A program made the translations under genes and the position numbers. From Calditrichales bacterium (GTDB lineage Bacteria > Calditrichota > Calditrichia > Calditrichales > J004), in the NCBI GenBank assembly GCA_965267575.1, contig OZ254086.1, forward strand, positions 288,001 to 352,000: DNA of 64,000 bases, read 5' to 3'. Shown here one piece after another: positions 17,822 to 28,227 of this stretch. Under the pieces are notes generated by a model. The model was given only the letters and a program-made list of their open reading frames with translations, did not search any database and was not told the origin of the DNA. Every line of letters begins with the position of its first letter. Within the stretch, counting starts at the first letter, position 1.

Positions 17822-19117
17822 CTATTCAGTGGTAAATACCTGGAATCCGGCGTAAGCTTCCATCCCGTGCTCGCCGATGTCCAGACCCTGCATCTCTTCC
17901 ATTTCGCTTACACGCAGGCCCATTGTCTTTTTAATACTCCAAAACAATACAAAGGCCGCCAGGAATGCCACGACGCCAACGGAAGCAATCCCGGTGAGCT
18001 GCGTCAAAATGGTGTGTTCGGCACTGCTGCTGAAAATGCCTACCGCCAGCGTTCCCCAGACACCGCAAACCAGGTGCACGGAGATAGCGCCCACGGGATC
18101 ATCCAAATGAAGCTTATCGATGGCGATAACCGAGAGCACCACCAGTACCCCGGCCACCAGCCCGATAAACATGGCCGCGTTCACGCTCACCACATCGGCC
18201 CCGGCGGTGATGCCAACCAAACCTGCCAGGCAGCCGTTAAGCACCATGGAAAGATCGGGCTTTTTTTGCACCGACCAGGTAGTGATCATCGCGCCGATAA
18301 TGCCCGAAGCACCGGCCAGCGTTGTCGTTACAAACACCAATGAAACCAGCCCGGGATCGGCGGAAAGCACCGAACCGCCGTTAAAGCCAAACCACCCGAG
18401 CCACAGCAAAAACACGCCAATCGTGGCCAGCGGCATGCTGTGACCCATGATCGGGCGGATCTTGCCATTCATGTATTTGCCCAGCCGCGGCCCCAGAACG
18501 ATCACACCGGCCAGCGCGGCCCAGCCGCCAACGGAATGCACCAGCGTCGACCCGGCGAAATCATAAAAATTGAGTCCGTCCAGCCAGCCGCCGCCCCACT
18601 TCCAGGAACCAAGAAAGGGATAGACCAGCGCCACGTAAATCAACGTAAAAAGCAGAAAACTCTCCAGCTTGATGCGCTCGGCGACAGCCCCGGAAACAAT
18701 CGTGGCCGCCGTGGCGGCGAACATGCCCTGGAAAAGAAAATCCGTCCAATAGGTGTAGCCGGGATTGTAGGCGGCGGTTATGCCCAATGCGTCCGTGGCG
18801 ATGCCAAAACCGGCAAAGCCAAACCATTGCCCCAAAATGAAATCACCCGGGTACATCAGGTTAAAACCCATCACCGCGTAGGTCAGCAGGCCAATGGCCA
18901 CAATGGCCGTATTTTTAAACAGGATGTTGACCGTATTTTTTTGTCGCGTCAGTCCGATCTCCAGCGTGGCAAAGCCCAGGTGCATGATAAACACCAGGAA
19001 AGTGGCCACCAGCATCCATGTGTTATTGACGGCGAACATCTCCGCCGATACTTCCGCGTCCTGCGCCCAACCGGCCACGGGCATAAGCATAATTAAGAGA
19101 AAGAACCAACGAAGCAT
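17822..19117 (-). CDS. amtB: ammonium transporter
   Basis: DFAGSTLVH, WFGFNGGS, DDPVGAISVH. Confidence 0.95.
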   Translation of the reverse strand: MLRWFFLLIMLMPVAGWAQDAEVSAEMFAVNNTWMLVATFLVFIMHLGFATLEIGLTRQKNTVNILFKNTAIVAIGLLTYAVMGFNLMYPGDFILGQWFGFAGFGIATDALGITAAYNPGYTYWTDFLFQGMFAATAATIVSGAVAERIKLESFLLFTLIYVALVYPFLGSWKWGGGWLDGLNFYDFAGSTLVHSVGGWAALAGVIVLGPRLGKYMNGKIRPIMGHSMPLATIGVFLLWLGWFGFNGGSVLSADPGLVSLVFVTTTLAGASGIIGAMITTWSVQKKPDLSMVLNGCLAGLVGITAGADVVSVNAAMFIGLVAGVLVVLSVIAIDKLHLDDPVGAISVHLVCGVWGTLAVGIFSSSAEHTILTQLTGIASVGVVAFLAAFVLFWSIKKTMGLRVSEMEEMQGLDIGEHGMEAYAGFQVFTTE

Positions 19118-19404
19118 ATAACCTCCATTTTTAAAGCATACAATCCGGAATACTTAAAGAATTGCGGATAAAGCCATGAAATGTATTATTTAATTACGTA
19201 AGTGAGCGCTGATTATAAATATTATTTAGAGGTTTGTCAAATATTATTTACCTATTTAGGTCTCCCGGCTGTTTTAGCATAATTTTTTACTCTGCAAAGA
19301 TTCGTTTATAAGCTTAAAACATAGCGAAAGTTTTTGCAGTATGATCGGGCCGTGCTAAATTACCTTTGAGAAACCGTTAACCCTTCACTGAAAAGCAGGT
19401 AGCC

Positions 19405-19893
19405 ATGCATCGCGACAAAATTGACAAGATCGATATTACGATTATGGAAGTGTTACAGGAACGCGGCCGAGCCAAGCGCAACGAGCTGGCTGAAATGGTC
19501 GGTGCTTCCCTGCCCACCATCAGCGAGCGGCTGATCAAGCTGGAAGAACTCGGTTACATCAAGGGCATCCATGCCGCGCTGGATAACCGCCGACTGGGTT
19601 TGGAGATCACCGCATTTGTCACCGTCACAACGGACCTGCAAACCAAACAGGAAGAAATCGGGAAACTGACAGGGAAAAATCCGTTCATCCAGGAGTGCCA
19701 TTACATAACAGGGGAGGGCACCTACCTGCTTAAAGTACGTGCCGGCAGCATGGAGCAGTTGGAAAAGACCATCCGCGAAGTGCACGAATGGAAAGGCGCT
19801 ATCAACACCACTACCAGCATCGCCCTTTCCACGCTAAAAGAGACCACCTATCTGCCGTTAACGCATTTGGCAAAAAACGCCGAGGACGAATAG
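19405..19893 (+). CDS. Lrp/AsnC family regulator
   Basis: N-terminal HTH; ECHYITG.. RAM domain. Confidence 0.9.
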   Translation: MHRDKIDKIDITIMEVLQERGRAKRNELAEMVGASLPTISERLIKLEELGYIKGIHAALDNRRLGLEITAFVTVTTDLQTKQEEIGKLTGKNPFIQECHYITGEGTYLLKVRAGSMEQLEKTIREVHEWKGAINTTTSIALSTLKETTYLPLTHLAKNAEDE

Positions 19894-19937
19894 GCCGCCC
19901 ACCATGCGAAATTGTGCTGCCTGCCTTATATTTAAGC

Positions 19938-20597
19938 ATGCAAAAATTTACGATCGTCTTTAAACGCTGTACGCTTTTTTTCGCTGTTAGCGCGCTGCTG
20001 CTGAGCTGCTCCTACCGTCCGCACGCCGTAACCGGAGATGCCTCCCGCGACGATTCGCTGCAAGCCACGCAAAAAGCCTGGGTCGCCGACAACGGCTGGC
20101 ATACCAGTATCATCGTAAGGGCCGCCGGGCTGGACAGCCTGATTCCCGGTCTGAAAAAGCATTTGGGTGAATTTGATTATTATGAGCTGGGTTGGGGCGA
20201 TGAGGAGTTTTACCGCGCCCGGCAGACCACCTTCTGGATGAAAGCAAAAGCCGTGCTCTGGCCCACCTCCGCCGTGATGCACGTTGTAGGAATTGAGAAA
20301 AACCCGATGACATTCTTCCCGGCCAACGCCATCGTGGAGCTTGAACTGACCACAAATGAACACCAACGGCTGCTACGTTTCCTGGCCGACAGTTTCCAGA
20401 TTGCAGATTCGGGCATCGCCGATCTGGGCAAAGGGTTGTACGGCCGCAGCCGCTTTTTCAGAGCCACCGGCGATTATTACGCCTGCAACACCTGCAACAC
20501 GTGGACGGCTAAAGGCCTCGCCAGCGCAGGATACGACATCTGGCCCCTGTTTAATCCCACTGCCGGCGGCGTAATGGATAATTTGAAGAATGAGTAA
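19938..20597 (+). CDS. DUF2459 family lipoprotein
   Basis: Lipobox LLSC; NGWHT, GWGDEEFY, NTCNTWTA; start reassigned to ATG 19938. Confidence 0.75.
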   Translation: MQKFTIVFKRCTLFFAVSALLLSCSYRPHAVTGDASRDDSLQATQKAWVADNGWHTSIIVRAAGLDSLIPGLKKHLGEFDYYELGWGDEEFYRARQTTFWMKAKAVLWPTSAVMHVVGIEKNPMTFFPANAIVELELTTNEHQRLLRFLADSFQIADSGIADLGKGLYGRSRFFRATGDYYACNTCNTWTAKGLASAGYDIWPLFNPTAGGVMDNLKNE

Positions 20598-20795
20598 GTC
20601 ATATTAGCAACGCAAAATTCATGTGATGCGCCGGCCGCCAACCCGCAGAATAAGATCACGATCAGGAGCACGATCATGACCCAAGCTCATGAACACATTA
20701 ACACTCTAACACACAAACACTTTAACACACTCTTCTATTGCCCCTTTGGAAAAACTTTATATAATTGATCCATCCCATAAATCAACGAGCCGCCC

Positions 20796-21443
20796 ATGAC
20801 GCCTGAACGCTACAAAAAATTGAAACGCATGCTCAGCTATCGCCAGCCGGATTTGACCGTGTTGATGGAAAACGTGCACAAAGCCCACAACCTGGCGGCC
20901 ATTGCCCGCACCTGCGACGCGGTGGGTATCCCGGGTATTCACGCCATTACGACGCTGGAAAAACTTACGTTGCGTTCCGGTGCGGCCAGCGGCAGCGGGC
21001 GCTGGGTGCCGGTAAAAATCCATGAAAATATCGAGGAGGCTTACGGATATCTGCGCCGCGAAGGATTCCGCCTGCTGACCGCGCATTTTTCAAAGGCAGC
21101 CCTCGACTTCCGCGCCATTGATTACACACAGCCCACAGCGATTGTCGTTGGCCAGGAGCTGGATGGCATCAGCGCCGAAGCAGTCAGCCGGGCTGATGAC
21201 AGCATCATTATCCCCATGTACGGCATGGTGCAATCGTTAAACGTTTCCGTCGCCACGGCGATCGTTTTGTACGAAGCACAACGCCAACGCTTTGAAGCGG
21301 GCCTCTACACCAAGCCGCGCTTTGACGGTGAAACAATCGACCGAATGATTTTTGAAATGGGCTACCCGCGTCTCGCCGCCGAATACCGCAGGAAAGGCCT
21401 GCCCTATCCGCGCCTGGATGAAAACGGACGGATAAAAGGATAA
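20796..21443 (+). CDS. trmH: tRNA (guanosine-18-2'-O)-methyltransferase
   Basis: ENVHKAHNLAAIARTCDAVG; IPMYGMVQSLNVSVA SPOUT motifs. Confidence 0.92.
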   Translation: MTPERYKKLKRMLSYRQPDLTVLMENVHKAHNLAAIARTCDAVGIPGIHAITTLEKLTLRSGAASGSGRWVPVKIHENIEEAYGYLRREGFRLLTAHFSKAALDFRAIDYTQPTAIVVGQELDGISAEAVSRADDSIIIPMYGMVQSLNVSVATAIVLYEAQRQRFEAGLYTKPRFDGETIDRMIFEMGYPRLAAEYRRKGLPYPRLDENGRIKG

Positions 21444-21444
21444 A

Positions 21445-21570
21445 TGTGTAAGATGTGTTATTGTGTTATTGTGTTCAGGTGTTCAAGTAATCGAAATCGC
21501 TTTCGCTATCGTGATCGAAAATCATACTTTTGCTCTTAACCTCTCACTCCTTCGGAGATTCGAGATAACA
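21445..21570. repeat. partial copy of composite intergenic repeat
   Basis: 8-mer repeats followed by ATCGAAATCGCTTTCGCTATCGTGATCG, shared with 23289-23316 and 25911-25938. Confidence 0.75.
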
Positions 21571-21642
21571 TACGGTTTCTTCTCTTTCATCTTTTAATCT
21601 TTCAATTTACATGTTGTTTTCTGCAAAAACGCTTTTTATATT

Positions 21643-21656
21643 ACCGACCAGTCGGT
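21643..21656. promoter_or_regulatory. likely TetR operator
   Basis: ACCGAC-ca-GTCGGT palindrome 14 bp upstream of the TetR gene. Confidence 0.65.
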
Positions 21657-21670
21657 CAAAATAAAACATT

Positions 21671-22279
21671 ATGCCAAAACTTGTAGACAAAGAGCAGCGC
21701 CGCCGCGAAATACTTGAAACCGCGATCACCGTGTTCGGGAAAAAAGGCTACCGTAACACCAAAGCCAGCGATCTGGCGGAAGCCGCGGGTATCGGCAAAG
21801 GCACCCTGTACGAATATTTCCGCAGCAAGGAAGAGATATTTGCCGGCGCTTTCCACCTCTACTTTGAACACTACGAGCGGGAACTGCAAAACGTTCTGAC
21901 CCGCGAAAGCGATCCTGAAAGACAAATGCATTTGCTGATCAAAGCATCTTTTGAAATGTTTTTGCAAGGCTCTTCAGAATTTGCAACCGTCATAATGGAC
22001 TTTTGGGCGGAGGGCGCCCGCAAGGACAGCAACTTTGTCGAACAACTCGACCTGAAATCGGTCTACGGCACCTTCCGCGATGAGATCGCCGCAATTATTA
22101 CAACGGGTATTGAACAGGGCAGGTTCAGGCAGGTAAATACGCAGGCGGTGGCCGGTATCCTTATCGCCGCCATGGACGGGCTGGCTTTGCAATGGTTAAT
22201 GGACCCCTCCCTTTTTGATATTGAGCAAACGGCCCAAACACTTTTTGAAACCATCATAAATGGAATCCGCAAGGAGTGA
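21671..22279 (+). CDS. TetR/AcrR family regulator
   Basis: LAEAAGIGKGTLYEYFRSKEE. Confidence 0.92.
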   Translation: MPKLVDKEQRRREILETAITVFGKKGYRNTKASDLAEAAGIGKGTLYEYFRSKEEIFAGAFHLYFEHYERELQNVLTRESDPERQMHLLIKASFEMFLQGSSEFATVIMDFWAEGARKDSNFVEQLDLKSVYGTFRDEIAAIITTGIEQGRFRQVNTQAVAGILIAAMDGLALQWLMDPSLFDIEQTAQTLFETIINGIRKE

Positions 22280-22280
22280 T

Positions 22281-23021
22281 ATGAAACGAATTATCCTTTC
22301 AATTTTTTTAAGTGCGATTGCCTTACAGGCACAGGAAAGCGCAAAGGAGATTGTCGAAAAATCGGACCAGCTGATGCGTGCCAACAGCAGCTACTCCGAG
22401 CTGACCATGAAAGTCATCAAACCGGACTGGTCGCGTGAGATGCAGATGAAGGTGTGGGCGCTGGAACCGGATTACGCCCTGGTACTGATCACTGCGCCGG
22501 CACGCGATAAAGGCACGGTGACCCTTAAACGTAAGCAGGAAGTTTGGAACTACCTGCCGCAGGTGGACCGTGTCATCAAAATACCCCCATCGATGATGCT
22601 TCAGTCGTGGATGGGTTCGGATTTTACCAACGATGACCTGGTCCGGCAATCGTCCATAGTGCAGGACTATGAGCACACATTGCAGGGCAAAGAAGAATTT
22701 AACGGCTATGAATGCTACGTGATCCATATGAAACCCAAACCGGAGGCCGGCGTCGTCTGGGGGAAAGTACTCATGTGGATCAGCGTGGACGGCTACATCC
22801 AGCTTAAGGCAGAGTACTATGACGAGTATGGTGACAAGGTTAAAATGATGGTCGGCAAGGAGGTGCAGACGCTCGGCGGCCGGCGTATTGCCACGCACTG
22901 GGAGATGATACCGCTGGATGAACCGGACCAGAAAACGGTGATGATTTACAACGAAATTGAGTTCAACATAGAGATTGAACCGTCGTTTTTCTCGCAGCAA
23001 AACATGAAGCGGGTGAGGTGA
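22281..23021 (+). CDS. outer-membrane lipoprotein-sorting (LolA-like) protein
   Basis: Signal peptide; SWMGSDFTNDDL motif; RBS AAGGAG before ATG 22281. Confidence 0.82.
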   Translation: MKRIILSIFLSAIALQAQESAKEIVEKSDQLMRANSSYSELTMKVIKPDWSREMQMKVWALEPDYALVLITAPARDKGTVTLKRKQEVWNYLPQVDRVIKIPPSMMLQSWMGSDFTNDDLVRQSSIVQDYEHTLQGKEEFNGYECYVIHMKPKPEAGVVWGKVLMWISVDGYIQLKAEYYDEYGDKVKMMVGKEVQTLGGRRIATHWEMIPLDEPDQKTVMIYNEIEFNIEIEPSFFSQQNMKRVR

Positions 23022-23043
23022 GAGTTCTATGAATATTGTCTTA

Positions 23044-23358
23044 TGTCATATCGAATCCGCGCAGCGGTGAGATATCCGGGAGCGTCATGTGCCCGGGTCT
23101 CTCCTGCATTCGCCGTTCGAGATGGCAGTTTTAAAACAGAAAGAGACCTTGGTGCCATGGGTAAGAGTGTCATCCCGGCCTGTCCCGATGCTTTTGTATC
23201 GGGGTTGGCGCTTTTAACAGCGGGATCTCTGCCGCTGATCAAGAACAAGAGCATGATCATGATCATGATTACCCCGAATACTTTTCTCGATCACGATAGC
23301 GAAAGCGATTTCGATTACCTGAACACCTGAACACCTGAACACAATAACACTTTAGCAC
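23044..23358 (+). repeat. composite repeat, left copy of a ~300 bp inverted pair
   Basis: Co-linear with the reverse complement of 25829-26141. Confidence 0.85.
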
Positions 23359-23370
23359 AAAAGCACGCAC

Positions 23371-24585
23371 ATGTACTTATCATTCGCATGGCGCAATATA
23401 TGGCGCAACAAAAAACGCACGGTCATCGTGGCGGCATCGATCTTCTTTGGCGTCATCCTGGCCTGCCTGATGCGGTCGTCGCAACTCGGTTCCTATAGCT
23501 ATATGATCCATTCGGCGGCGAAAATGCAAACCGGTTACCTGCAGATACAGGATGAAGAATATTGGGAAAACCGCTCGCTGAACAACAGCATTGTCATCGC
23601 GGACACCCTCTGGCAGGCCTGGCAGGAGGTCGGCGCCATTTCGTCGCTCACACCGCGTCTGGAAAGCTACGCGCTTATCTCCACGGACTCTATCACCAAA
23701 GTATCGCCGGTCGTTGGCACGCGGCCAAATTTGGAAGCGCAAATGACGGAAGTGGATAAAAAGCTGGTCGCCGGTGAATGGATCGCCGACGGTGACAGCA
23801 GCGCCATTCTTGCGGAAGGACTGGCCGACCGTCTGAACGTTGCAATCGGCGATACGGTAGTCCTTTATGGCAGCGGCTACCAGGGAATGACCGCGGCCGC
23901 CAAAGTACCGGTAAAGGGGCTGGTAAAACTACCCTTCCCGCAGCTTAACAACGCTATGGTTTTTCTGCCGCTGGATTACGCCCAGTGGGTTTTTGTAGCG
24001 CCGGGACGCGTGACAAGCGTGGCCGTCATGCTGGACAACATTCGTGACCTGGAAGCCGCGCGAGCCGCTTTGCAGCAGCACATGGCCCAAAACATGGTTT
24101 TGAAAAGCTGGGACGAACTGATGCCCGAAATGGAGCAAAGCATCGAGATCGATAACGCCAGTGGCATCATCATGATCGGCATTCTCTACCTGGTGATCGC
24201 GTTTGGCGTATTCGGCACCATTATGATGATGACCGCCGAGCGTGAAAAAGAATGGGGCATTCTAAACGCCGTGGGCATGCGCAAATCCCGCATGGTGGCC
24301 ATCTCCATCCTGGAATCGATCGCTATTTCTTTTCTGGGCACCCTGCTGGGTATAGCGGGCAGCATCCCGATCACCGTCTATTTTAAAAACAATCCTATCC
24401 GGCTCTCCGGCGATATGGCCTTCCAGTGGGAAGTGCTGGGCCTGGAACCGATTCTGCCGTTCAGCGCCGATCCCGGTATTTTTCTTTACCAGTCGCTGGT
24501 GGTGCTGGGAATTGCCCTGCTCTGCTCCATCTATCCGCTGCTGTTCATAAACCGTTTGCAGCCTGTAAAAGCGCTGCGCAAATAG
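23371..24585 (+). CDS. ABC transporter permease (FtsX/MacB/LolCE family)
   Basis: AWRNIWRNKKRT N-terminus; EREKEWGILNAVGM. Confidence 0.9.
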   Translation: MYLSFAWRNIWRNKKRTVIVAASIFFGVILACLMRSSQLGSYSYMIHSAAKMQTGYLQIQDEEYWENRSLNNSIVIADTLWQAWQEVGAISSLTPRLESYALISTDSITKVSPVVGTRPNLEAQMTEVDKKLVAGEWIADGDSSAILAEGLADRLNVAIGDTVVLYGSGYQGMTAAAKVPVKGLVKLPFPQLNNAMVFLPLDYAQWVFVAPGRVTSVAVMLDNIRDLEAARAALQQHMAQNMVLKSWDELMPEMEQSIEIDNASGIIMIGILYLVIAFGVFGTIMMMTAEREKEWGILNAVGMRKSRMVAISILESIAISFLGTLLGIAGSIPITVYFKNNPIRLSGDMAFQWEVLGLEPILPFSADPGIFLYQSLVVLGIALLCSIYPLLFINRLQPVKALRK

Positions 24586-24594
24586 GAGATTGCA

Positions 24595-25812
24595 ATGTTG
24601 CTTAGTCTGGCCTGGAAAAATATCTGGCGCAATAAAAAGCGCAGTGTCGTTGTGCTGATGGCAATCGCCAGCGGGATGTGGGGCGGCCTCTTTTCCGGCG
24701 CCTTCATGATGGGCATGGGTGAATCGATGGTCAATTCGGCGATCGACCGCAACATGGGCCATTTTCAGATTCATGACCCGCAGTACATGGACGATCCGCT
24801 TTTAAAACATTCTTTAAACAAACCATTTGCCATTCTCGATTCTCTCGCCGGCGACGACCGCATCAAGGCGGCTACGGCTCGCACGGTGCTTGAAGGGATG
24901 GCTTCATCACCTGCCAATGCTTATGGTGTACAAATCTTTGGAGTAGACGCAGAGGCGGAATCGCTTGCCACGCAGCTTACTGCTTATATCCGCGAGGGGG
25001 GATTTTTTAAGGAGCAGAAGCGCAACGCCCTGGTGATGGGCGCCAAACTGGCCGGGCGGCTCAATCTGCGTCTGCGCTCCAAAGTTGTGCTCAGTTTCCA
25101 GGGCACCGATGGTGAAATTGTTTACCTGGCCGGGCGTATCGTCGGGTTGTTTCATACGGAGTCCACCATGTTTGATGAGACCAGCGTTTTTATAAAGCGC
25201 GATGATCTGACGCGCGTGTTGGGACTTTCGGAGCCGGCTATACACGAGATTGCCGTAAGGTTGCACAGCGCCCGCGATGTAGAAGAAATGGTCCCCGCCT
25301 GGCAGGCACGGCTGGAACACTTGTCCGTAAAAAGCTGGAAGGAACTGGAACCGGGGCTGGCGTTTATGGCCACATCGGTCAAGGCGTTTACCTACCTGTT
25401 TGTGGCGATCATTCTGTTTGCCCTGCTCTTCGGCATCACCAACAATATGCTGATGTCGGTTATGGAGCGCATCCGCGAGCTGGGTATTCTCAGCGCCATC
25501 GGTATGAGCAAGCTGCGGCTGTTCGGATTGATCCTCGTTGAAACAATCCTGCTTGCCATCAGCGGCGGCATCATCGGCATGACGCTTGGTTCGCTAACCA
25601 TCGTCTGGTTCAACACCTACGGCCTGCCGTTAACGGCCTTTGCCGCGGGCATGGAAAGCTTTGGCATCGCCAGCACATTGTACCCCTATTTGCCGGCCAA
25701 TATGTATGCCGGTGTAGGCGTAATGATCTTTGTAGCGGCATTGATCTCCTCACTGATGCCGGCCTGGAAAGCCACGCACCTGCGCCCCGCCGAAGCGATA
25801 AGGATGTATTGA
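24595..25812 (+). CDS. ABC transporter permease (FtsX/MacB/LolCE family)
   Basis: AWKNIWRNKKRS; ERIRELGILSAIGM. Confidence 0.9.
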   Translation: MLLSLAWKNIWRNKKRSVVVLMAIASGMWGGLFSGAFMMGMGESMVNSAIDRNMGHFQIHDPQYMDDPLLKHSLNKPFAILDSLAGDDRIKAATARTVLEGMASSPANAYGVQIFGVDAEAESLATQLTAYIREGGFFKEQKRNALVMGAKLAGRLNLRLRSKVVLSFQGTDGEIVYLAGRIVGLFHTESTMFDETSVFIKRDDLTRVLGLSEPAIHEIAVRLHSARDVEEMVPAWQARLEHLSVKSWKELEPGLAFMATSVKAFTYLFVAIILFALLFGITNNMLMSVMERIRELGILSAIGMSKLRLFGLILVETILLAISGGIIGMTLGSLTIVWFNTYGLPLTAFAAGMESFGIASTLYPYLPANMYAGVGVMIFVAALISSLMPAWKATHLRPAEAIRMY

Positions 25813-25828
25813 TGTGTTGGAGTTTTGG

Positions 25829-26141
25829 AGTGTTAAAGTGTTAAAGTGTTAAAGTGTTAAAGTGTTAAAGTGTTAAGGTATTCAAGTTTTCAGATGTTCA
25901 GGTTCAAGTGATCGAAATCGCTTTCGCTATCGTGATCGGAAAAGGTGTTCGGGGCAATCATGCTCATGTTCTTGATCAGCGGCAGAGATCCCTCTGTTAA
26001 AAATGCCAACCCCGATAAAAAAGCATCGGGACAGGCCGGGAAGACAAGTAGCATACCTGTCATCTCGACCGGTGTATGCCGGAGAGATCCCAGCACATGA
26101 CGCTCCAGGATATCTCATCCCTGCGGGAATTCGATATGACA
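25829..26141 (-). repeat. composite repeat, right copy; begins with (AGTGTTAA)x6
   Basis: Inverted copy of 23044-23358; six perfect 8-mers at 25829-25876. Confidence 0.85.
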
Positions 26142-26371
26142 GGCTGGGATTTGGCTATAACAATAAACTAATCCCAAAGGAATAAAATGATTATAGCAAA
26201 CAGCAGCACATAAAAAAGTACAACCCCGAAGGGGTGTCACATGTTGCCGCTTAAGATCCCGGTGTGGAAAAAACACCAACCGGGATGACAACGCTCCTTG
26301 TCACCCCGGTCTCGCGCCGGGGTCTAGAGCGATGATAATAAAGATGAAAAATTTAAAACGGAGTCAACACA

Positions 26372-27058
26372 ATGGCCCTGATTGATATAAACAGCATTAC
26401 AAAAACCTACAACACCACGGCGGTACCGGTGCACGCCCTGCGCGGCATCGACCTGCATGTGGAAAAGGGGGAGTTCACCTCCATCGTCGGTCCTTCGGGT
26501 TCGGGAAAAACAACACTGCTCAACATCATCGGTGGTCTGGACGGCTCGACGGAAGGCAACGTCGCCATAGCCGGGAAAAACATCAGCTCCATGTCGTCCT
26601 CAAAGCTGGTTGATTTCCGGCTGCAGAACATCGGTTTTGTTTTCCAGGCCTTTAACCTGATCCCGGTTCTGACGGCGCTGGAAAACGTGGAATTCATCAT
26701 GCTGCTGCAGGGGGTTTCCAAGGAAGAGCGCCGTAAACGCGCCACCCAACTGCTGGAGGATGTGGGTCTGGGAGAACGGCTACACAACCGGCCCTCACAG
26801 CTTTCCGGCGGGCAGCAACAGCGGGTGGCCGTTGCCCGGGCGCTGGCATCCAAACCTGCTTTTGTGCTGGCCGATGAACCCACCGCCAACCTCGATACGG
26901 AATCGGCGGAAGCGCTGCTGGACATTATGGAAGAGCTGAACCAAAAACACGACATCACCTTCATTTTCAGTACGCACGATCCGCGTGTCATCAAACGGGC
27001 CCGGCGCGTGGTAACGCTGGAAGACGGCAAAATTAAGCAGGATAAAACCCAAAACTGA
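26372..27058 (+). CDS. ABC transporter ATP-binding protein (LolD-like)
   Basis: GPSGSGKT, LSGGQQQR, ADEPT. Confidence 0.93.
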   Translation: MALIDINSITKTYNTTAVPVHALRGIDLHVEKGEFTSIVGPSGSGKTTLLNIIGGLDGSTEGNVAIAGKNISSMSSSKLVDFRLQNIGFVFQAFNLIPVLTALENVEFIMLLQGVSKEERRKRATQLLEDVGLGERLHNRPSQLSGGQQQRVAVARALASKPAFVLADEPTANLDTESAEALLDIMEELNQKHDITFIFSTHDPRVIKRARRVVTLEDGKIKQDKTQN

Positions 27059-28227
27059 TGCGCACCCTGAAAACAATCGCCCTGCTTTTATTTTTACAAA
27101 CGGCGGCATGGGGACAACTGGCCGCGTGGGAAAGCTACGGCTACATCAAGTACCTTTACTCTTACACGGAAGCACCACTTTTTACCGCCGAAAAGCTGAG
27201 CGACCACACCCTGCACGCGCGGCTCAACAACCGCTGGTATCCGCTTGACGGACTGACCGGTGCCCTGGAACTGCGCGCCCGCGCGTTTTATGGCGGCTCG
27301 GTGGAAAATATCCCCGGCTATGAAAATTTCATTGCCACAAGCTACCCGTTTGACGATTTCGATGCCCGACTGTGGAAGTCATCCTCGTCTCTTGGCCATG
27401 CCCAAATAGACCGGCTTTATTTTGATTACATCCATGGCAACTGGCAGGTAACGGCCGGACGGCAGCGCGTGGCCTGGGGTACGGCCCTGGTCTGGAACAT
27501 CACTGACCTGTTTAACCCCTACTCTGTTCTGGATTTTGATTACGAGGAGAGACCGGGCAGCGACGCCCTGCGCCTGCAGTATTTCACCTCGCCGGTAAGC
27601 CGGCTGGAGGCGGTGGCTGTACCCGCGCCGGACGAACAGCAGCGCGCCTTCGCTTTAATGTGGTCAAGCAATTTTAATGCTTATGATTTTTATGCGATCG
27701 GCGGCAAGCAACGCGGGCAGCCGTTTGCAGGCGGCGCCTTCAGCGGGGATATTGCCGGGGCCGGGTTCCGCGGCGAGCTGCTATGGACCAAAAGCGATGC
27801 CGCGCAGGCTTTCCCCGGGTTAAAGCGCGGCAGCAAGGACAACGTACGCGCCGTACTTTCTGCCGATTACACCTGGAGCAGCGGACTCTATATCCACGCC
27901 GAAGCCCTTTACAACAGCCTCGGCGTAACCAAAAATGCCGCGCTCTACGCGTTCACGGCGCCAGCGGTGGGCCTGCTTTCCCCGGCACGGGCGTCGTTCT
28001 ATTATGAAATCTCCTACCCTCCGCACCCTTTGTGGCGTCTTTCACTCTTCGCGCTGCATAATCCGTATGATGGTTCTTTCATTGCCGTTCCATCGGTCAC
28101 CTGGTCCGTGGCCACCAACCTGGACCTGTTTTTTATAGCTTTTACCACGGATGGGGCAAAGACCAGCGAGTTCGGCAGCACGGGCAACGGCATCTGGTTA
28201 AGGCTTTCTTATGCTTTTACGCTGTAG
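27058..28227 (+). CDS. putative outer-membrane beta-barrel of the ABC operon
   Basis: Signal peptide; IDRLY..GRQRVAWG; C-terminal strand LRLSYAF. Confidence 0.7.
   Translation: MRTLKTIALLLFLQTAAWGQLAAWESYGYIKYLYSYTEAPLFTAEKLSDHTLHARLNNRWYPLDGLTGALELRARAFYGGSVENIPGYENFIATSYPFDDFDARLWKSSSSLGHAQIDRLYFDYIHGNWQVTAGRQRVAWGTALVWNITDLFNPYSVLDFDYEERPGSDALRLQYFTSPVSRLEAVAVPAPDEQQRAFALMWSSNFNAYDFYAIGGKQRGQPFAGGAFSGDIAGAGFRGELLWTKSDAAQAFPGLKRGSKDNVRAVLSADYTWSSGLYIHAEALYNSLGVTKNAALYAFTAPAVGLLSPARASFYYEISYPPHPLWRLSLFALHNPYDGSFIAVPSVTWSVATNLDLFFIAFTTDGAKTSEFGSTGNGIWLRLSYAFTL

Noticed and set aside
19118-19404. Riboswitch or ncRNA between amtB and the Lrp gene
   Set aside because: AT-rich divergent promoter region; no recognisable conserved RNA structure.
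25829-25876. Possible CRISPR array from periodic repeats (also 52707-52738)
   Set aside because: 8-nt units with no spacers and no cas genes in the window.
23027-26185. Short ORFs at 23027, 23043, 25890, 25927 and 26003 with mutually similar translations
   Set aside because: They are translations of the inverted repeat copies, with frameshifts between copies.
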